A DNA stretch of 64,000 nt, from assembly GCA_012295275.1 (NCBI GenBank), contig CM022675.1, positions 1,860,001 to 1,924,000 of the forward strand. Direction: 5' to 3'. The position numbers and the translations under genes were made by a program. How positions within the stretch are numbered: the stretch's first letter is position 1; each line of letters begins with the position of its first letter. The notes beneath the pieces are model-generated. The model had not been told where the DNA came from. It was given only the letters and a program-made list of their open reading frames with translations, and ran no database searches. This DNA is from Chrysomallon squamiferum. Taxonomy: Eukaryota > Animalia > Mollusca. Positions 1-20,067 of this stretch are shown here, in pieces.

Positions 1-88
1 AGTCAATAATAAACACTGACACAATTCAGAAACACAAAGTAAATAATTAAAGTCTGTAGTTATAATGTAGTACATATATATGTATTAC

Positions 89-254
89 CTGGTTCAATGT
101 CGGCAATCTTATCTGGTACCTCTGCTGTCAAGTCTGAGAATATATATATATATATAGAAAAAAAATTAGATAAATTAATAAATAAGCAATAACAAAAAAA
201 TAAAAAAATAAAAATATACGAAGATGACGCGAAATTAAAATTAATTAATGACAG

Positions 255-294
<40 letters not shown>

Positions 295-558
295 AATAAA
301 GAAAACTATGGAAACAACAACTTGTTCCTACTTGTAGTAAACTCAAATGTAAGTTCTTCATCTAAAGATACAGCTGCTGATTCTGGAACTGAAGACCCGT
401 CTTTGAGGTTGATGTTGAACTGGACAAGCGAGGAGTCTATTGAGTTCACTGTGTTTGTGATGTTCAGTGTGTCTCTGTGAAATAACATCAAGAGGTATCC
501 CAGATATACACAAGTAACATCCAAACTTTCCACCGTATTAATAAATTTATACAAATTA

Positions 559-591
<33 letters not shown>

Positions 592-1385
592 CGTGTAATA
601 TACCAAAGTAAAATATTGATACTTGAAATGGATTAATTTCATAATTACCGAAAATATTAACCACAATTGTAAGTGAACTTATATACATTGCAGGAAAGAA
701 AGAAAAATATAATAATAATAATATTTATAACGAACCTTTCAGTTTCTTTGGTTGTTATGGCTTTGGTGACAGTCACGGTTATGGCATCGTTGTTTTTTTC
801 ACTACAAGTGACAGAGACTTTTGTGTCGAGGTTTGTCATAAACTTTTCACTGAACTGAATGATCACATCTCGAGTTCGACCTCCATTTACCTTAACAATG
901 AGTCACAATTACACAAGTTATGTTCTGTCAATGTCTAATACCACTTTGTACAAAGATAACAAGAAATATTTTTAAAAACAATTTTCTCTGATATTATAAT
1001 TCCACAAATGCACACAACTTTAAATCTATTTTATTTAAACAATTTATGGAAGTAGCTAAGTATTTAAACATAGTTCATTAAGAAAAAAAGAGTAAAATAT
1101 GAATAATGTGAAGAACAGACCTGAGTCACCCCACCACATTCAGTATCCTTAACACTGAGACCCACACCCTGTTTTTCCGAGGGTAAATCTGATGACGTGA
1201 ATTTGCAATCTGGCGTGTCTTTTTCCACCTTTAGCATAGACGACACCACTGAATGTTCCAGCAGGATTAATCACAATCAACATAGAACTTTTCTCACAGG
1301 TAACTTCATCTAAAATATTAAGATTAGTATTTGTTAGCAGGAATAATCAACATGATTGTGATGATGATACTACTACTACTACTAT

Positions 1386-1426
<41 letters not shown>

Positions 1427-2237
1427 TTACTAATTATAATAATAGACACTCAACATGAAGAAAAGCGTATTTGACATCAAATAATAACATTAACTTTCCT
1501 TTCAGATTAATTTAAATCAGATGATGAATCTGACTGTGTTTAGTGATAAACTTAAATAGCATGTTACTATTATACTTTTTGTTATTTATTTATTTATTTT
1601 ACATTACTTTCTTGGGAGGTGAAAAGTATAGTAAATATATATATATAATAAATGAGCATACTGAAAACAATTGGAATATCATCTACCCTTCATTGCTATA
1701 TAATAACAGTGTAAGATATTAAAAAAAGTATTATTTTGTGAAGTAGAATTAATTAGTCACATCTTTTGTTTTCACAGTGGTCACCATAGAAACCAGGTGG
1801 ACAGAAACACGCCCTGTTTCCATTAGCATTGTAACAGATACCTCCATCAGAGCCACAAGAGTCAGTCTGATTGGTACACGGACTTGAACCACTCAAACCT
1901 GGAAACACAAATTTCGTATCTGTTATGAAATAGAAAAAAATAAAAATAAAAATCTATATCTATATCTTCTTGGTGATGTTATTGAAGTTACCCACACTTC
2001 ACATATTAGAATTACAATACTGACTTTTCTCCAGCTGACAGCTGTAGCCAGTGTAGTCATTTCCACAGTCACAGGTGCCGTCATTTTGACAAGTTTTATT
2101 ATTAGCACAATCCTGACCCTGTCGTCTGCAGTCGAAGAACTCATCACCTGTAAACAAATACAACATGTTATTAAATATAAGAAACAGGAAATATATACGA
2201 TGACAGATTTTAGTTTAAATTCCAATAGAGGTAGTAG

Positions 2238-2278
<41 letters not shown>

Positions 2279-2587
2279 TAAAAGAGAATAGACACTAGGA
2301 AGAATAATGTGGAGATAACCATTAAATATGACAACTGTTGTGAGCAGTACGAAATAAAGAAAGCATATCGAAATTATAGTAATCAAAATTTTTGTTTCTG
2401 ATTTTATTTATTTATTTATTTATTTGGAAATATTAATCATTATTTTATTTATTTATTTTTTTTATTTGAATTGTATAGTTTCTTAAAATGATTTAACTCT
2501 TCTGATGACAATTATATATATATAATTTTTTTTTTTTAGATAGTGAAATAGGGTTAGGAACAAGACGACTTAAGTAATTAAATACGT

Positions 2588-2676
<89 letters not shown>

Positions 2677-2695
2677 CTCGTATTTAATTACTTAA

Positions 2696-2730
<35 letters not shown>

Positions 2731-2966
2731 ACGTATTTAATTACTTAAGTCGTCTTGTTCCTAACCCAATTACACCATGTAAAAAATATATATATCGTCA
2801 TTTAAAATATTTGGTTCCACTGTGTGAACTATCTATATTCAAATTCTCCTTCTTTTTGTGACAACAGACACATACAATATTTCTATAAAGAAACGGAGAA
2901 GAAAATAAAGTTACCTAGAGTGATGGAACAACTTAGCAGTAGCAGATAGACGAATGATATCCACAT
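89..2966 (-). CDS. Copy A: 5' part of the same EGF-ZP/SRCR gene (continues off the left edge), with a +1 frameshift in the first ZP-N exon (pseudogene or consensus error)
   Basis: Exons 2915-2966, 2025-2147, 1761-1919, 1121-1309, 736-890, 332-474 and 89-133 are near-identical to copy C. Exon 1121-1309 is 189 nt versus 188 nt in B and C, from an extra T in the run at 1220-1224. Confidence 0.8.
2541..2779. repeat. Fold-back inverted repeat enclosing (AT)n, intronic (mirror ~35355-35583)
   Basis: gggttaggaacaagacgacttaagtaattaaatacgtggt ... accacgtatttaattacttaagtcgtcttgttcctaaccc: perfect ~40-bp arms with self-complementary (AT)n runs between. Confidence 0.88.
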
Positions 2967-3744
2967 ATTTACTTTATACTGAAAAGAAAATTAAATAAAT
3001 AAAGAAAGAAATAAACAAACAAACGAACAAACAAAAAAACATACATTAAAAAATAAATAAATATATAAATAAATCAATCAATAAATAAATCAATAAATAA
3101 ATAAATCAATAAATAAATACCTATGATGTTATATTCTATGAATATTATTGTGTGTGTGTCTGTGTGTCTGTTTGTACCCGTGAAATATAGGTGCTTTGTG
3201 ATAATCAATGATACGTCATAAAACAGCAGAGTATTAATACAGTTATTAACTGTTATCAAAAAAAAAAAAAAAACTTTTTCTTAGCATCATAATATTATAA
3301 ATTTATGTTTTGTACCCACCAATATGCATTAATACATACGTACTTACAAACTTACATACATAAACAAAAAATAGTACACACAAATCTGGAGAACTGGCGC
3401 AGACTGACACCTTACCCAGTGTTCTAATTTGATTGCTATGTAATAGCTGGTACAGTCACTGTTCAGGTTAAACAAGCCGAGTTGCAGTGGTGAGTGTATG
3501 GACCAATCGAGAAATCAAAGTTAATACAGCTCCTCAGTTGATGTCTCATGATCAGATAGTTAGTCTTTAAAATAACTTTTAAGATAATTTGCATACGTTT
3601 GCTGTTTCATGAGATAAATCAGAACCCATAAATGAGTTTAAATCAGATGAAAAAGACGCAGATGATCTTGAATGCACTGCATTAATATATAGTAACGTGA
3701 CAATATAATTACACTATAACAGACACATTTACAGATGTCCTTGG

Positions 3745-4035
3745 GAAAGTGGACACTAAAGAAGTTATGAAAATTACATTGACTAAAGTGATGTACATAT
3801 GGATATACAGAAAGAGAACACTAAAGCATATAAACAAATTACATTGACTGAAGTAATGTACATGTATATTTTCAGACAGTGGACACTAAAGAAGTAATCA
3901 TACAAATTACATTGACTAAAGTGATGTAGATATGTATTTACTGAAAGTGGACACTAAAGAAGTTATAAAATTACATTGACTGAAGTAATGTGCATGTATA
4001 TTTACTGAAAGTGGACACTAAAGAAGTTATAATAC
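3745..4035. repeat. ~60-bp degenerate tandem repeat upstream of copy A (mirror 34100-34392)
   Basis: Unit aaagtggacactaaagaagttat..aaattacattgact.aagt.atgta.atgtatatttactg, about 5 copies. Confidence 0.85.
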
Positions 4036-5352
4036 AAAGCTACACATAACGGATGAAACAAATGTATTAATGTAAAATGCGTGCTAATATATATAAAACT
4101 GAGTACAATTGTCCTATGAATAACGTGCTTACATATAAATAAAGCGTAGATATATGTAAACTGATCTTCCTGCAAATGTACAGAAGTCAAACATGCACAT
4201 TTACTGAAGTAATGAATCTGGACATGTAAGCACGCATTCACTGAATAAACGTACATACAAATGTACGCCCGCAGACACATATATTTGTTCCTGTAGAACT
4301 GTATAGATAGTGTACATATTTATTTTAAGTAGTAATATGCATACAAATGTACAGAAGGAATACATACATTTTTGAAGTAGGATACTTACAAAAATATTGT
4401 AAGTGTCCATGTAAATTTACTGACATATACATAGCAAGTGTACACCCACGTATTGATGTAGCATATAGACACATATATAGAAATGTATTGATGTAACATA
4501 CCTACACATATATAGAAATGTATTGATGTAGCATATATACACATATATGGAAATATCCACATACATTTATTAACGTACCATACATAAAATACATAGAAAC
4601 TGTGCACATACATTCACCGAAGTAATAAACGTACAGATATATAGAAAGATGAACTGCACGTACCTTGTTTATTGTAACACTGCAAGTAAACCGTTTTCCT
4701 CTCTTACACTGTGTGCTCTGTTTGGAAAGAAATATATTTACATAAAAAAAAAAAAAAAATGAGTTCTGCTCTATTTATATCATAACTAAGAAAAAAAAGA
4801 AGAAAAGAAAAAGTATTTGCATTTAAATCATGTGTGAAGCGCACCACTAGTGTCACCGAGACATTTCATATATATCTTCTCTTTCTTCTTCTTCTTCTTA
4901 TTATTATTCTTATTATTCTTATTCTTATTCTTATTCTTCTTATTATTAAATTTAGTATGACGTAAGATAACATCATTTAATTAAGCATGCTGCACAATTA
5001 AATTAACATACACTATAAAAGTTCATGAAGCTCATTAACGATAATTAATTATGGTTTTACGTACTACAAATTTATACAGATGTAACTAAAGTAACACTAC
5101 GAGTAAAACTGTTATGATTATATTCAACAGTAAATTATTTTTGAAAAGTAGACTGAGGGCAATTATTACTAGAACAAAGACTATAGAAACAACAACTACT
5201 GCTACAACTACTACTGTTGCTAGTGCTATTCCAACTTGTAATGATATAAGTAATAAAAACAACGCTATAAATAGCAATAACAATACACGAATTGAATTAT
5301 GGTTCGGACATACTCTGCCCTTGTCGAACAAGATACCAATTAAAAACTTCTT

Positions 5353-5431
<79 letters not shown>

Positions 5432-5446
5432 GTCTGTCTGTCTGTC

Positions 5447-5480
<34 letters not shown>

Positions 5481-5942
5481 TTGACGAAAGCCTAGAGAAA
5501 TAAGATGATTATTTATTTATTTAAGTTCAAGTCTTGACATACATTACCTCTACATAACTAGCATCCTACCAAAAACGTATACACCTATACTGTCTGAATG
5601 TCTTTATGTATCTATATATGTATGTATGTGTGCTGAGGTGATTTTATGTATGCCTGTACTTTTGTCCTAGACTTAACGTTAAAAACAACCACAAACATAA
5701 GGTTTCTTCTTTCTCCAAAAACTTAGTATGTATTGTCATTCATGCGTATTTGTGTTTCTGGAGCACTAGACGTCAGTGACTGTAGTTGAATACGTACCAG
5801 CCAAGCCCAGTGTCATTTTTAATTTCTTTCTTCTCTAACAAAGAACTGAGGGATAGCTGCGTCTTACACCCCGAGCGTAAAGAATCGATGTTTTAGACAC
5901 ATCATTTTCTATTCAGTCTATTTAAATATGTGTGTGTGTGAG

Positions 5943-6120
<178 letters not shown>

Positions 6121-6544
6121 CTACGGGCCATTTATACACAGTGTTTGCTTCTTTTTCTTTTTCTTTTCTCGCGCGGGTTTGTCCTTTTCTTTATTTCTTT
6201 GAATTTAGTAGTCTAAGGTACGGGTTTACCTTTACCTGCTGCGTAGGTTTTTGTATCCATGCATGCATGTGTCCATATAAGTGTAGATATTTGACTGTAA
6301 GTGTGTAAACGTGTGTATTTGTACGTGTGCCACTGCACGTCTCTATATATCTATCTATGTTTGTATGTGCATCTAAATGTATGTGTGTATATGAGTGCAT
6401 CTATCTCTCTATATATTTGTGTTATATGTATGTGTTAGTGAGTTTTCTTTTATATCTGCCTATGTATCTGCTTGTCTGTGAATGCGGATGGGGGTGTTAA
6501 TGAGTATAAGTGTATGTTTCCGTATGTGTATAATGTTGTACATA

Positions 6545-7678
<1,134 letters not shown>

Positions 7679-8181
7679 GGTGGGTTGGCTTGAGCGATGA
7701 TTATTATATTATATGTTTATGTTTGATAATGTATGTTTCTCTGCGTCTGTCCATATATACGTTTGTGGTTTAAATGAGTATATTTGTATTTATGTTGTTT
7801 CGTAGAAGAGTGTGAATGTGTTTGTTTCTAGGTGTTTAAATTACTACACAAATGATTATCAGTATACTGTCAGAAATATTGTCTAGCTATGTCAGTAAAT
7901 TGGCAGACACTTTTTATTTAATTTGTTTTATATTTATTTATGTAGGATACCTTTAAGTGTAAAATAAGTCAGAAACATCTAAACGTATCTTACTTGAGGC
8001 ATGACAAGTGAAAGAAAACAGCGAGTGTTGTTGTGAGTGCGGAGTACTAGTCTAGATGAGCAGTGATGTGTTACACGTGTTTGTACAGGTTTGTGACCCT
8101 AATCAGAGAGATGTCAAACCAGTCACTTCATACTTTGTTCAAAGCGTTTCACAAAATTCATCCTTAAACAAACATACAAAC

Positions 8182-8236
<55 letters not shown>

Positions 8237-9662
8237 TAAATAAATAAATAAGTAAATAAATAAATTAGTTAATTAATGAAACGAACGAAAGAAATAATTT
8301 CATTACAGAAAAGGCAGAAATGTATTCACAAAACGCATCGTCATATAAACGTGATGAACATTACGTTTGGAATAGTGCAGGTTGGTGTAAGACAAAGTGT
8401 ACACTGGTAAATCTTCTGTGGCTTCAGTACAATTTGGAATATCTATGAAAGTTTAGTTTAGTCATCTAGATCTTGTATTAAAATGTTTTGGATACAAATT
8501 TGATTTTTTTTTTTTTTTTTTAAACGAAAAATTCAGATTAACAAATAGACAAATAAGAGGACACATAGATAGCTAGATAGATAAATTGATAGGAAGATGG
8601 ATATATATATAGATAAAGAGATAAATAGGGAGACATAGAGCTAGACAGGTAGATAGATTGACAGACAGACAGACGCTGAGACAGACATATCGATAGATAT
8701 ACATTTATCGAAAATGGATTGAACAACAAGATTATGACATGTATTTATGCGTGTATGAGCGTATGTGTGCATGCATGCGTATCTGACTGTGAATATGGAT
8801 ATATGCAAGATATATGTGTGTGTGTGTGTGTGTGTATATTATATTTATGTACGCCTCTGTGTTAAAACAGACTGCAGAATCGTGTTTACGATAATAATTT
8901 TCACTTCTAAGACATAATTATAAACAGGTTTTTAAAAAAATGTAAGTAAATATTTTGTGTAAGGCAGCTGTATAAACATATAGAAATAGTTTATAGTAAG
9001 GTAAGCTGCCCTTGTAAAAGACATACATTTATAACAAAGGTCACTGGCTGAGAGATTTATAAAAAAATGTACTTTTTATTCTGAATAGCGTATACACCAT
9101 TCATCTTAAAGTACAACTTTGTGTCACACCCTAGCACCCGTAGAGATAATACGTATATACGTCAGAACATAGCATCAAGCTTAATTTAACGTCGTAATGT
9201 ATATTCAAAGTCATTTAGTGCAGTGTCTGAAAGCTCTCACAATCTGCGCAGAAATTCATAAAAATAGTGTTTTTATTTCTCACATTATTATTATTATTAT
9301 TATTAGTAGTAGTAGTAGTAGTATTACAAACTCACAGACAGACATACATAAAGTCGCGCACATAATTATATTTAAGTTAAAAAATTCCAGACTGCAAAGA
9401 AATAATAAAAGAAAAACATTAATGTATCAGATAATATTTGTTTGTTGACGTACAACAAGCGAGTGAAAAACACAGCGTGGAAGACGTGTAATAGTGTAGA
9501 TGAGCAGTGAGGCATCGCAAGTGTGTTTGTATTAGTTCACTACAACAATCTAGTCAAACGTTGTCAAACTAGTTTTCTTAATACTTTCTTTAAAAGAGTT
9601 TTAAATTTCACTCACAAAATATCAGCTGCTTTTATCGTAAAATATGAATGCCATAAGAAAAT

Positions 9663-9717
<55 letters not shown>

Positions 9718-10024
9718 GAATACAAGCCAATAAATAGCAAGCCATACACGACCAGTGAAGCATTTTCGTAGAGCAGTAGACGCGAGATGTCTCGAGATAA
9801 AACTGTTTGTCTGTCTGACAAAAACTACAAGAATGGATGTATTATTATCTACACACAAATGGCAGACTTACAATTGTAACACCTGCAAGAGTTAGGTAAT
9901 CTTAGGACGATGTTTTAGTCTATTTTCTTAATATTTTCTTAAACACAGTTACAAATCTCCGTAAAGTGTCAGCTTGTTTCTTAAATATAAATAAAGTAGT
10001 CAAACATGATTAACATAGCCACCA

Positions 10025-13445
<3,421 letters not shown>

Positions 13446-13580
13446 ATAATGTATATTTCATGACGTATCACAGATACAGAATATAAAGTAAGTGTACTTA
13501 TATATTTATTGAAGTACCATACAAATAAGAATATTTAAAGTGTACTTATACATTTATTGAAGTAACATACGTACACACCA

Positions 13581-13612
<32 letters not shown>

Positions 13613-14678
13613 GGAAATGCGAGTTGAACGTACACATATATAGAAAGATGAACTGCACGTACCTTGTTTAATTTAAAACTCAAAGTAAACCGTTTTCCTC
13701 GCTTACACTATGTGATGTGTTTGGAAAGAAATGTAAAAATGTGTATTAAGATGAGCTTTTCACTATTTATGTGATAAGAAAGTAAAGATGGTTTCAATGT
13801 ATCAAAACATTTTTGTTTCTTTCTTGTATGGCTGACTTCTTCGTCACTTTTATGACGAAGAAAATCACGAGAATAAATTATTTGTATGATAAAAGAGATA
13901 AGCGAGCTAAAACGAACGCTGTCCTAAATTTAGTGTCAAACCAGTTGATAACATTTTGTTCACAAACTTGTCTGGTAGTTTTAAACGCGTTTAAATGCAC
14001 GTACGTCGATCATTTAGTGTTTTCTAGCTGTATTCCTTTAAAAAATTAGATATGTATATATCTTAAAGATGTAACAGTCATATTTAAATCTTACAATTGT
14101 TGTGTTATTTAATTTGATAAATTACGTGTTTATTTAGTGTTGTGTAAGTGACAATTCGAAGATTAACTCATCTGTTTTTAAAGATAAATTTGAAAGGTTT
14201 TATTTAATTGCTAATTTATTTCTGACTGAGTGGAATTCATATATTTATCTCATATTCTAATTTTGAATAAGTGAGAACGATGCTTATTCACAATACTAAA
14301 ACAGAAATGCAGCTAAACAAACACACACGCACATAGACGCACACAAAGCTGATATATATATATATATGTATGCATGTATGTATAGTAATAAAATCTTAAT
14401 GATAGAGATAACGACTGGCGACGTGTCGAGGATAACCTGTTTGTGTTCGTAGAATAAAAGGTACAAGAACCGAGGTATTACGCACAATTTTACGTATAAT
14501 ATACGGAAATCTTACACAAAATTGCATGTATAGTATACATGGGCGACAACCCTCATACAAGCTAAGTGATTTCAACAGAACTCCAACATAACATTTATAT
14601 AATGACATGGGGCATGTCTCTAAACAAACAAATAAATAAATAAATACAAATACTACTACTACTATTATTACTGCTACA

Positions 14679-14712
<34 letters not shown>

Positions 14713-15526
14713 ATAATAATAATAATAATAAAAATGAATAAGTAAATAAATAAATTAATAAATAATTAAATAATGTAAAAAAAGAAAAGAAATAGGTATA
14801 CACGCAGATAGAGGAACACGTATAACGAGAGACACACAGATAGACACTCAGATATAAGGAAGGATAGAAGGAGACATGGACAAATTATACTGGTTGGTAG
14901 ATAGCTAGATAAACACAGATAGATATATGTATAGACAGGTGGATATATAGACTGGTACATATATAAATGCATGTAGAAATACGTACATTATTATGTCAAC
15001 TATTATTAATACTGCAACGTATTTGTCTAGTATTAATCTTGTTCTATTACTGGTACAACAGTCTATCTTCTATTACTTCAGTTACTAATGCATTTATTAC
15101 AACTACTATTTTTACTGTTATACCTACTACATCTATGAATGCTGCTGTCATTACTTCTACTCCTACTACAACTACTAGAGCTAGCACTACTGGATACAGT
15201 CATACATGATTAAACAACGACTTAGGAGACGAGTTACCAAAATGCAGGCATACAATAAAATATATATTTCTTCCATTTAGATTGATTTTGTTTAAGTGTT
15301 TTTCTTTTAGAATGTCGTTTAAGTTCACACTGTATTCACAAGTATAGGCAGGGTTTTGAGAAACTGGGTAATTTTCATTGAAGCGTATGATATAAAATTG
15401 TTGTATGCAAATTTGAATTTCTGTAAAAAGGTGCATGCCTATTTTTTATATGTGTATATATGTTTTTAATTATGGTTTTCGTGTATACTGTATGTACGAT
15501 TTATCATTATCATGAAGATGATAATA

Positions 15527-16239
15527 CAGTATTCCCTCGCTATTCGCGGGGGTTACGTTCTTTACCCCCCCCCCCGCGAATAGCGAAAAACCGCGAATAT
15601 TGGATGCAGTTTTAAAACGTCTATTATGAGATTATATACGATACTAAATGCTTCCCAAACACTTTCTAAAGACACTCTTACTCATCAATACAGTAATAAT
15701 GTAGTAATATTGCATGCAGTTATGTAGTAATGTAGTAATGATAATGTAAACACATTTTAATTTTGTACTGAAACAATATTTTAATCAGAAAGAAACGTAA
15801 GTACAGGAGGACAGTAACACCGCATAGCATAGTTACCCATACTGTATTACTGTACCGTAAAGTCATTTTCTATGCGTACAACATATGTATTAGAATTGAC
15901 AGAAAGTGGAACAAATTTAAAGGCAAACAGACAGATAAATACAGTACGCACAGTTCAGGTAATAATAATACAGTTCAGTAATAATATGCAGTCAGCCAAT
16001 AGCAGCCAGCCATTGTTCGATGAAGACGTCAATCGATAAAAACTGCTCGAGAGAGTAAATACAGACATACCCTCGAAAAATCTCTATGACCTACAAAAAC
16101 CCGGTTTACCGAGCATTTGTTTTTATGACGTTATGACGCTAGCCTGGTATACCAGCATGCGATGCGATAGGGTTAAGAGCCTAACCCGCGAATATGCGGG
16201 GCCGCGAATGGGGAACCGCAAACAGGTGAGGGTATACTG
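15527..16239. mobile_element. Non-autonomous pogo/Tigger-like (Tc1/mariner superfamily) DNA transposon / MITE
   Basis: Imperfect TIRs CAGTATTCCCTCGCTATTCGCGG (left) and CAGTATACCCTCACCTGTTTGCGG (right, reverse complement), flanked by TA on both sides. Subterminal CCGCGAAT motifs, no transposase ORF. Confidence 0.75.
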
Positions 16240-16669
16240 TATATCAAGTTATGCATGTCCATAAGTATGTATGTATGTTGATATGTAAATATGTGTGTAT
16301 GTCCATTATTTCATATGGTGTTAGCATAATAAAAATAGATTTAAAATAAATGAAATATAAAATAAACATACTGGGAATAAACAGATATGAGCTTTTCCGA
16401 TGCTGACAAAAATCAAAATATAAACCAGTAATTATAAAGAAAAATAAAATTATAATAAGAAAGTAAATTAAAATGTATAATGCTAAATACTTAAATTAAA
16501 TGCATCCAATACATCAGTTTAGTTATTTAATAACAAACAACATAGTTATTGCAACAGAAATATGTATATATATGTAGCATTTTCATAGAACTAGAGTTTA
16601 ATACTATAAAACAAATTACTTTATTTAAAATATCAACATCTTAGTGTTAATGTGGTTGTTTTGACTGTT

Positions 16670-17040
16670 GATTTATTTACAGCTAGACTGGTACATAACA
16701 CAGTTGATATGATTTGTTTACAGCTAGACTGGTACATAACACAGGTGATATGATTTGTTTACAGCTAGACTGGTACATAACACAGTTGATATGATTTGTT
16801 TACAGCTAGACAGGTACATAACACAGTTGATATGATTTGCTTACAGCTAGATTGGTACCCAGCATTGTCAGCCAGATTTATTTACAGCTAGACAAGTACA
16901 TAATACAGTTGATATGATTTGTTTACAGCTAGATTGGTACACACCATTGTCAGCCAGATTTATTTACAGCTAGACAGGTACATAACACAGTTGATATGAT
17001 CTATTTACAGCTAGACTGGTACATAACACAGTTGAAATGA
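16670..17040. repeat. 41-bp minisatellite (~9 copies)
   Basis: Unit tttacagctagactggtacataacacagttgatatgatttg. A degenerate inverted homolog lies at ~48650-48860. Confidence 0.92.
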
Positions 17041-17359
17041 ACATTTGTACTTAGGATTGTTTTTTGTTCTACATAAGAAAAAAATCATCTGTAATTTTGC
17101 ATATACAGGTCGTATGCTTAGTTTGATACTTGTCTATAATGGAAAAAATGTACTAGTTTATTATTATAATTAGTAATACTATTGTTGTTGTTGCTGTTGT
17201 AATACTATTGTTGTTGTAGATACTAATGAAAACATTGCTGATGCTGGCGTTGTTTGGTTGCTGCTGTTCAAGTCATTAAGTGGTTATAAGAAAATGCTAG
17301 AGAGAAGTCAATAGCGTTTATAGATGCTTGGCAACAGTGTCGCATAAACAAAACTCCAC

Positions 17360-17490
<131 letters not shown>

Positions 17491-17900
17491 TTTGAACACG
17501 TTATACACGTATACTATGTTACTCCGGTCACGTAACTCCCCTGTATATGTTATTATATTTCGATAATGATTAAATGATTTGATATTATTTAGTTAAAATA
17601 GCCATAATATTACAGTGTTACCTATAAATGGGAATTACATGTTTTGTTATACTAAAAATAACAGTAGTATATCTATCTGTACGCGTACACCCATACAAAC
17701 ATTTTTTTATTGTTTTTCTGTTTAATCGGACAATTTTGGGGTGGGAAGGTTATTACGTTTTCCCCTGGATTTGATTTGTGGTTCTTTATTAAATCTTTAA
17801 TACTATCACATGATGTCGGCAAGATCTATAAAAATAGCCATATTAATTTAAACGAATAAATACAAACATAATAATATAAATAAATAAATAAATAAATATG

Positions 17901-17931
<31 letters not shown>

Positions 17932-18024
17932 ATAGATAAATAAATAAATAAATAAATAAATAAATGAATTGATAAATAGATAAATAAATAAATAAATAAA
18001 CAGAAACTGAAATTAAAATTACAA

Positions 18025-18307
18025 AGGCTGAAGTAGTTTTGTCTAGAGCTGCATTAGACGTGGACTGTGAGTGCTGGGTGGAGCACAGACAGATTTCATC
18101 TACTAGTAATTTTGTGCTTTGCTAAAATGTCCACTATTGTTTAATTTAACTTCCTGTCTCATAATGACAGGATCTGTAAGGGAAAAGTGTAGGCACAAAC
18201 ACACACACATACACACAAACACACACACATACACAAACACACACACATACACAAACACACACACATACACAAACACACACACATACACACAAACACACAC
18301 ACATACA

Positions 18308-18349
<42 letters not shown>

Positions 18350-19944
18350 TACGCACACACACAACAACATGACACAACAGAAACATTGTAGGAAGGAACG
18401 AAGTTATCTCCATTTTTTATTTTTTATTTTTTTTGGTCTAATTTCTCTTTGTAAAAGAGAGATACTGGCTGTAAATGACACAAAGGTTAGTTAGAAGGAA
18501 CGAATCTGTCTCTTTCTTGTTTTTACTTTTCGGGACATTTTTATCAATTTCTATAATTCCGGCTGGTGAAAGAGAATTACTGGCAATAAATATCACAGAA
18601 TGATGAACTAAATCATATTTAAATGTTTGTACATAGTTAAAATGACCTACTACTACTGTTATTATTATTAAGTTGTTTCTTGTCTTTTCCTGCTTGTTCT
18701 GTCTTTTTTCTCCTCTCTGATGTGTTTCTGAATTCACGTATTCGTTCACTGATGACATCCATACTGAAAACTCTTCTCGAAGTGAAGCTTATTTTGGTGA
18801 ATGGCAATATTTAATGGCAATATTTAATCATTAGAAAATTATTGTTTGTACTAAATGAATTCAAGATCAAAACTAAAAGAAAGAGAAAAGTGATAAATAG
18901 ATTTTGTAAAATGAGCATGAACTGGTAACGGTATGGTAAAATGTGGGCAACCACTCTTCACATTAAATATTTCTAAGAACACTGACATTTCCCCTTAGAT
19001 ATTAACATCAAGATACAGAAGTGAGTAGACAAGATGCACCAAGTTAAACGGATAGGACAGTACTGTGTGAGAAAACACAATAGAATCGCTGACAAATAGA
19101 GATTTCTTGCAGTCCGGATTGTCGACTGGTCGCGCTTTCACACGATATCGTTTCTGCCAAATGTCGCTGTGGTTATTCTTTTTCAAAACGTCGTCGTTTC
19201 TCCAGTGATTTCAAGAGACAGTGTTGTAATGGAAATGAGAAATGAAAGTTTTGTTTCGCCTATGACATCAACAATTATATTAGAAAAACCAAACTTAATA
19301 ATAATAATAATAAGAAGAAGAAGAACAACAACAACAATAGCAACAACAGCAGCAACAACAACAACAAAGGAAAAAAACAACAACATATAAAACTAAATCA
19401 TTATTAAAATAACCGATGCAGCACAAACGAAAAAAAACACAAAAAGGTAATCAAATGAAAAATAATAGAAAAAAAAAAAAAAATACAAACAATAGACGTG
19501 TGAGTTGAATTAATTTCATAATGTCATAATTTCAACAAGATCCTACATCTCAGAAATGTCAGCATCAACATTCGAAAGCTTCAATTTATACGACACCCCG
19601 AATCCACGAAACCCCATAAAATACAAATGAGAAGACAATAAATAGTGATAAACAAGAAGTCTAAAACAGTGAGGTAGTTTGTTGTCTAACGTAGAGTAAT
19701 GATAACAATTATATGTACATCAAATTATATCCAAGTAATATTTATAGCTTATTAAAGAAAACAAATTACAACAAAATCATTTCTAAAAGCATTTATTAAA
19801 CCCGTTGAAAATATAATTAAACACAAAATAATCATTGTTATAATAATAAAGAAAGCAAAAAATATATCTTTCGAAAAAATACAGATGCAAGCTTTACTAG
19901 CAGCAGAAGAAGCAAGAAAATTAAGTAATACTAATACCATTACG

Positions 19945-19985
<41 letters not shown>

Positions 19986-20029
19986 CATAATCATCATAAA
20001 AATAACAACAATATTAACAATAACAATAA

Positions 20030-20067
<38 letters not shown>

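Noticed and set aside
1923-2225. 100-aa [13 protein letters not shown] (also 35905..36207)
   Set aside because: It overlaps the EGF1 exon in a different frame; the spliced frame gives a coherent six-Cys EGF domain.
16670-17040. 41-bp repeats with slightly variable segments, CRISPR-like at a glance
   Set aside because: The variable parts are two recurring variants rather than unique spacers; this is an ordinary minisatellite.
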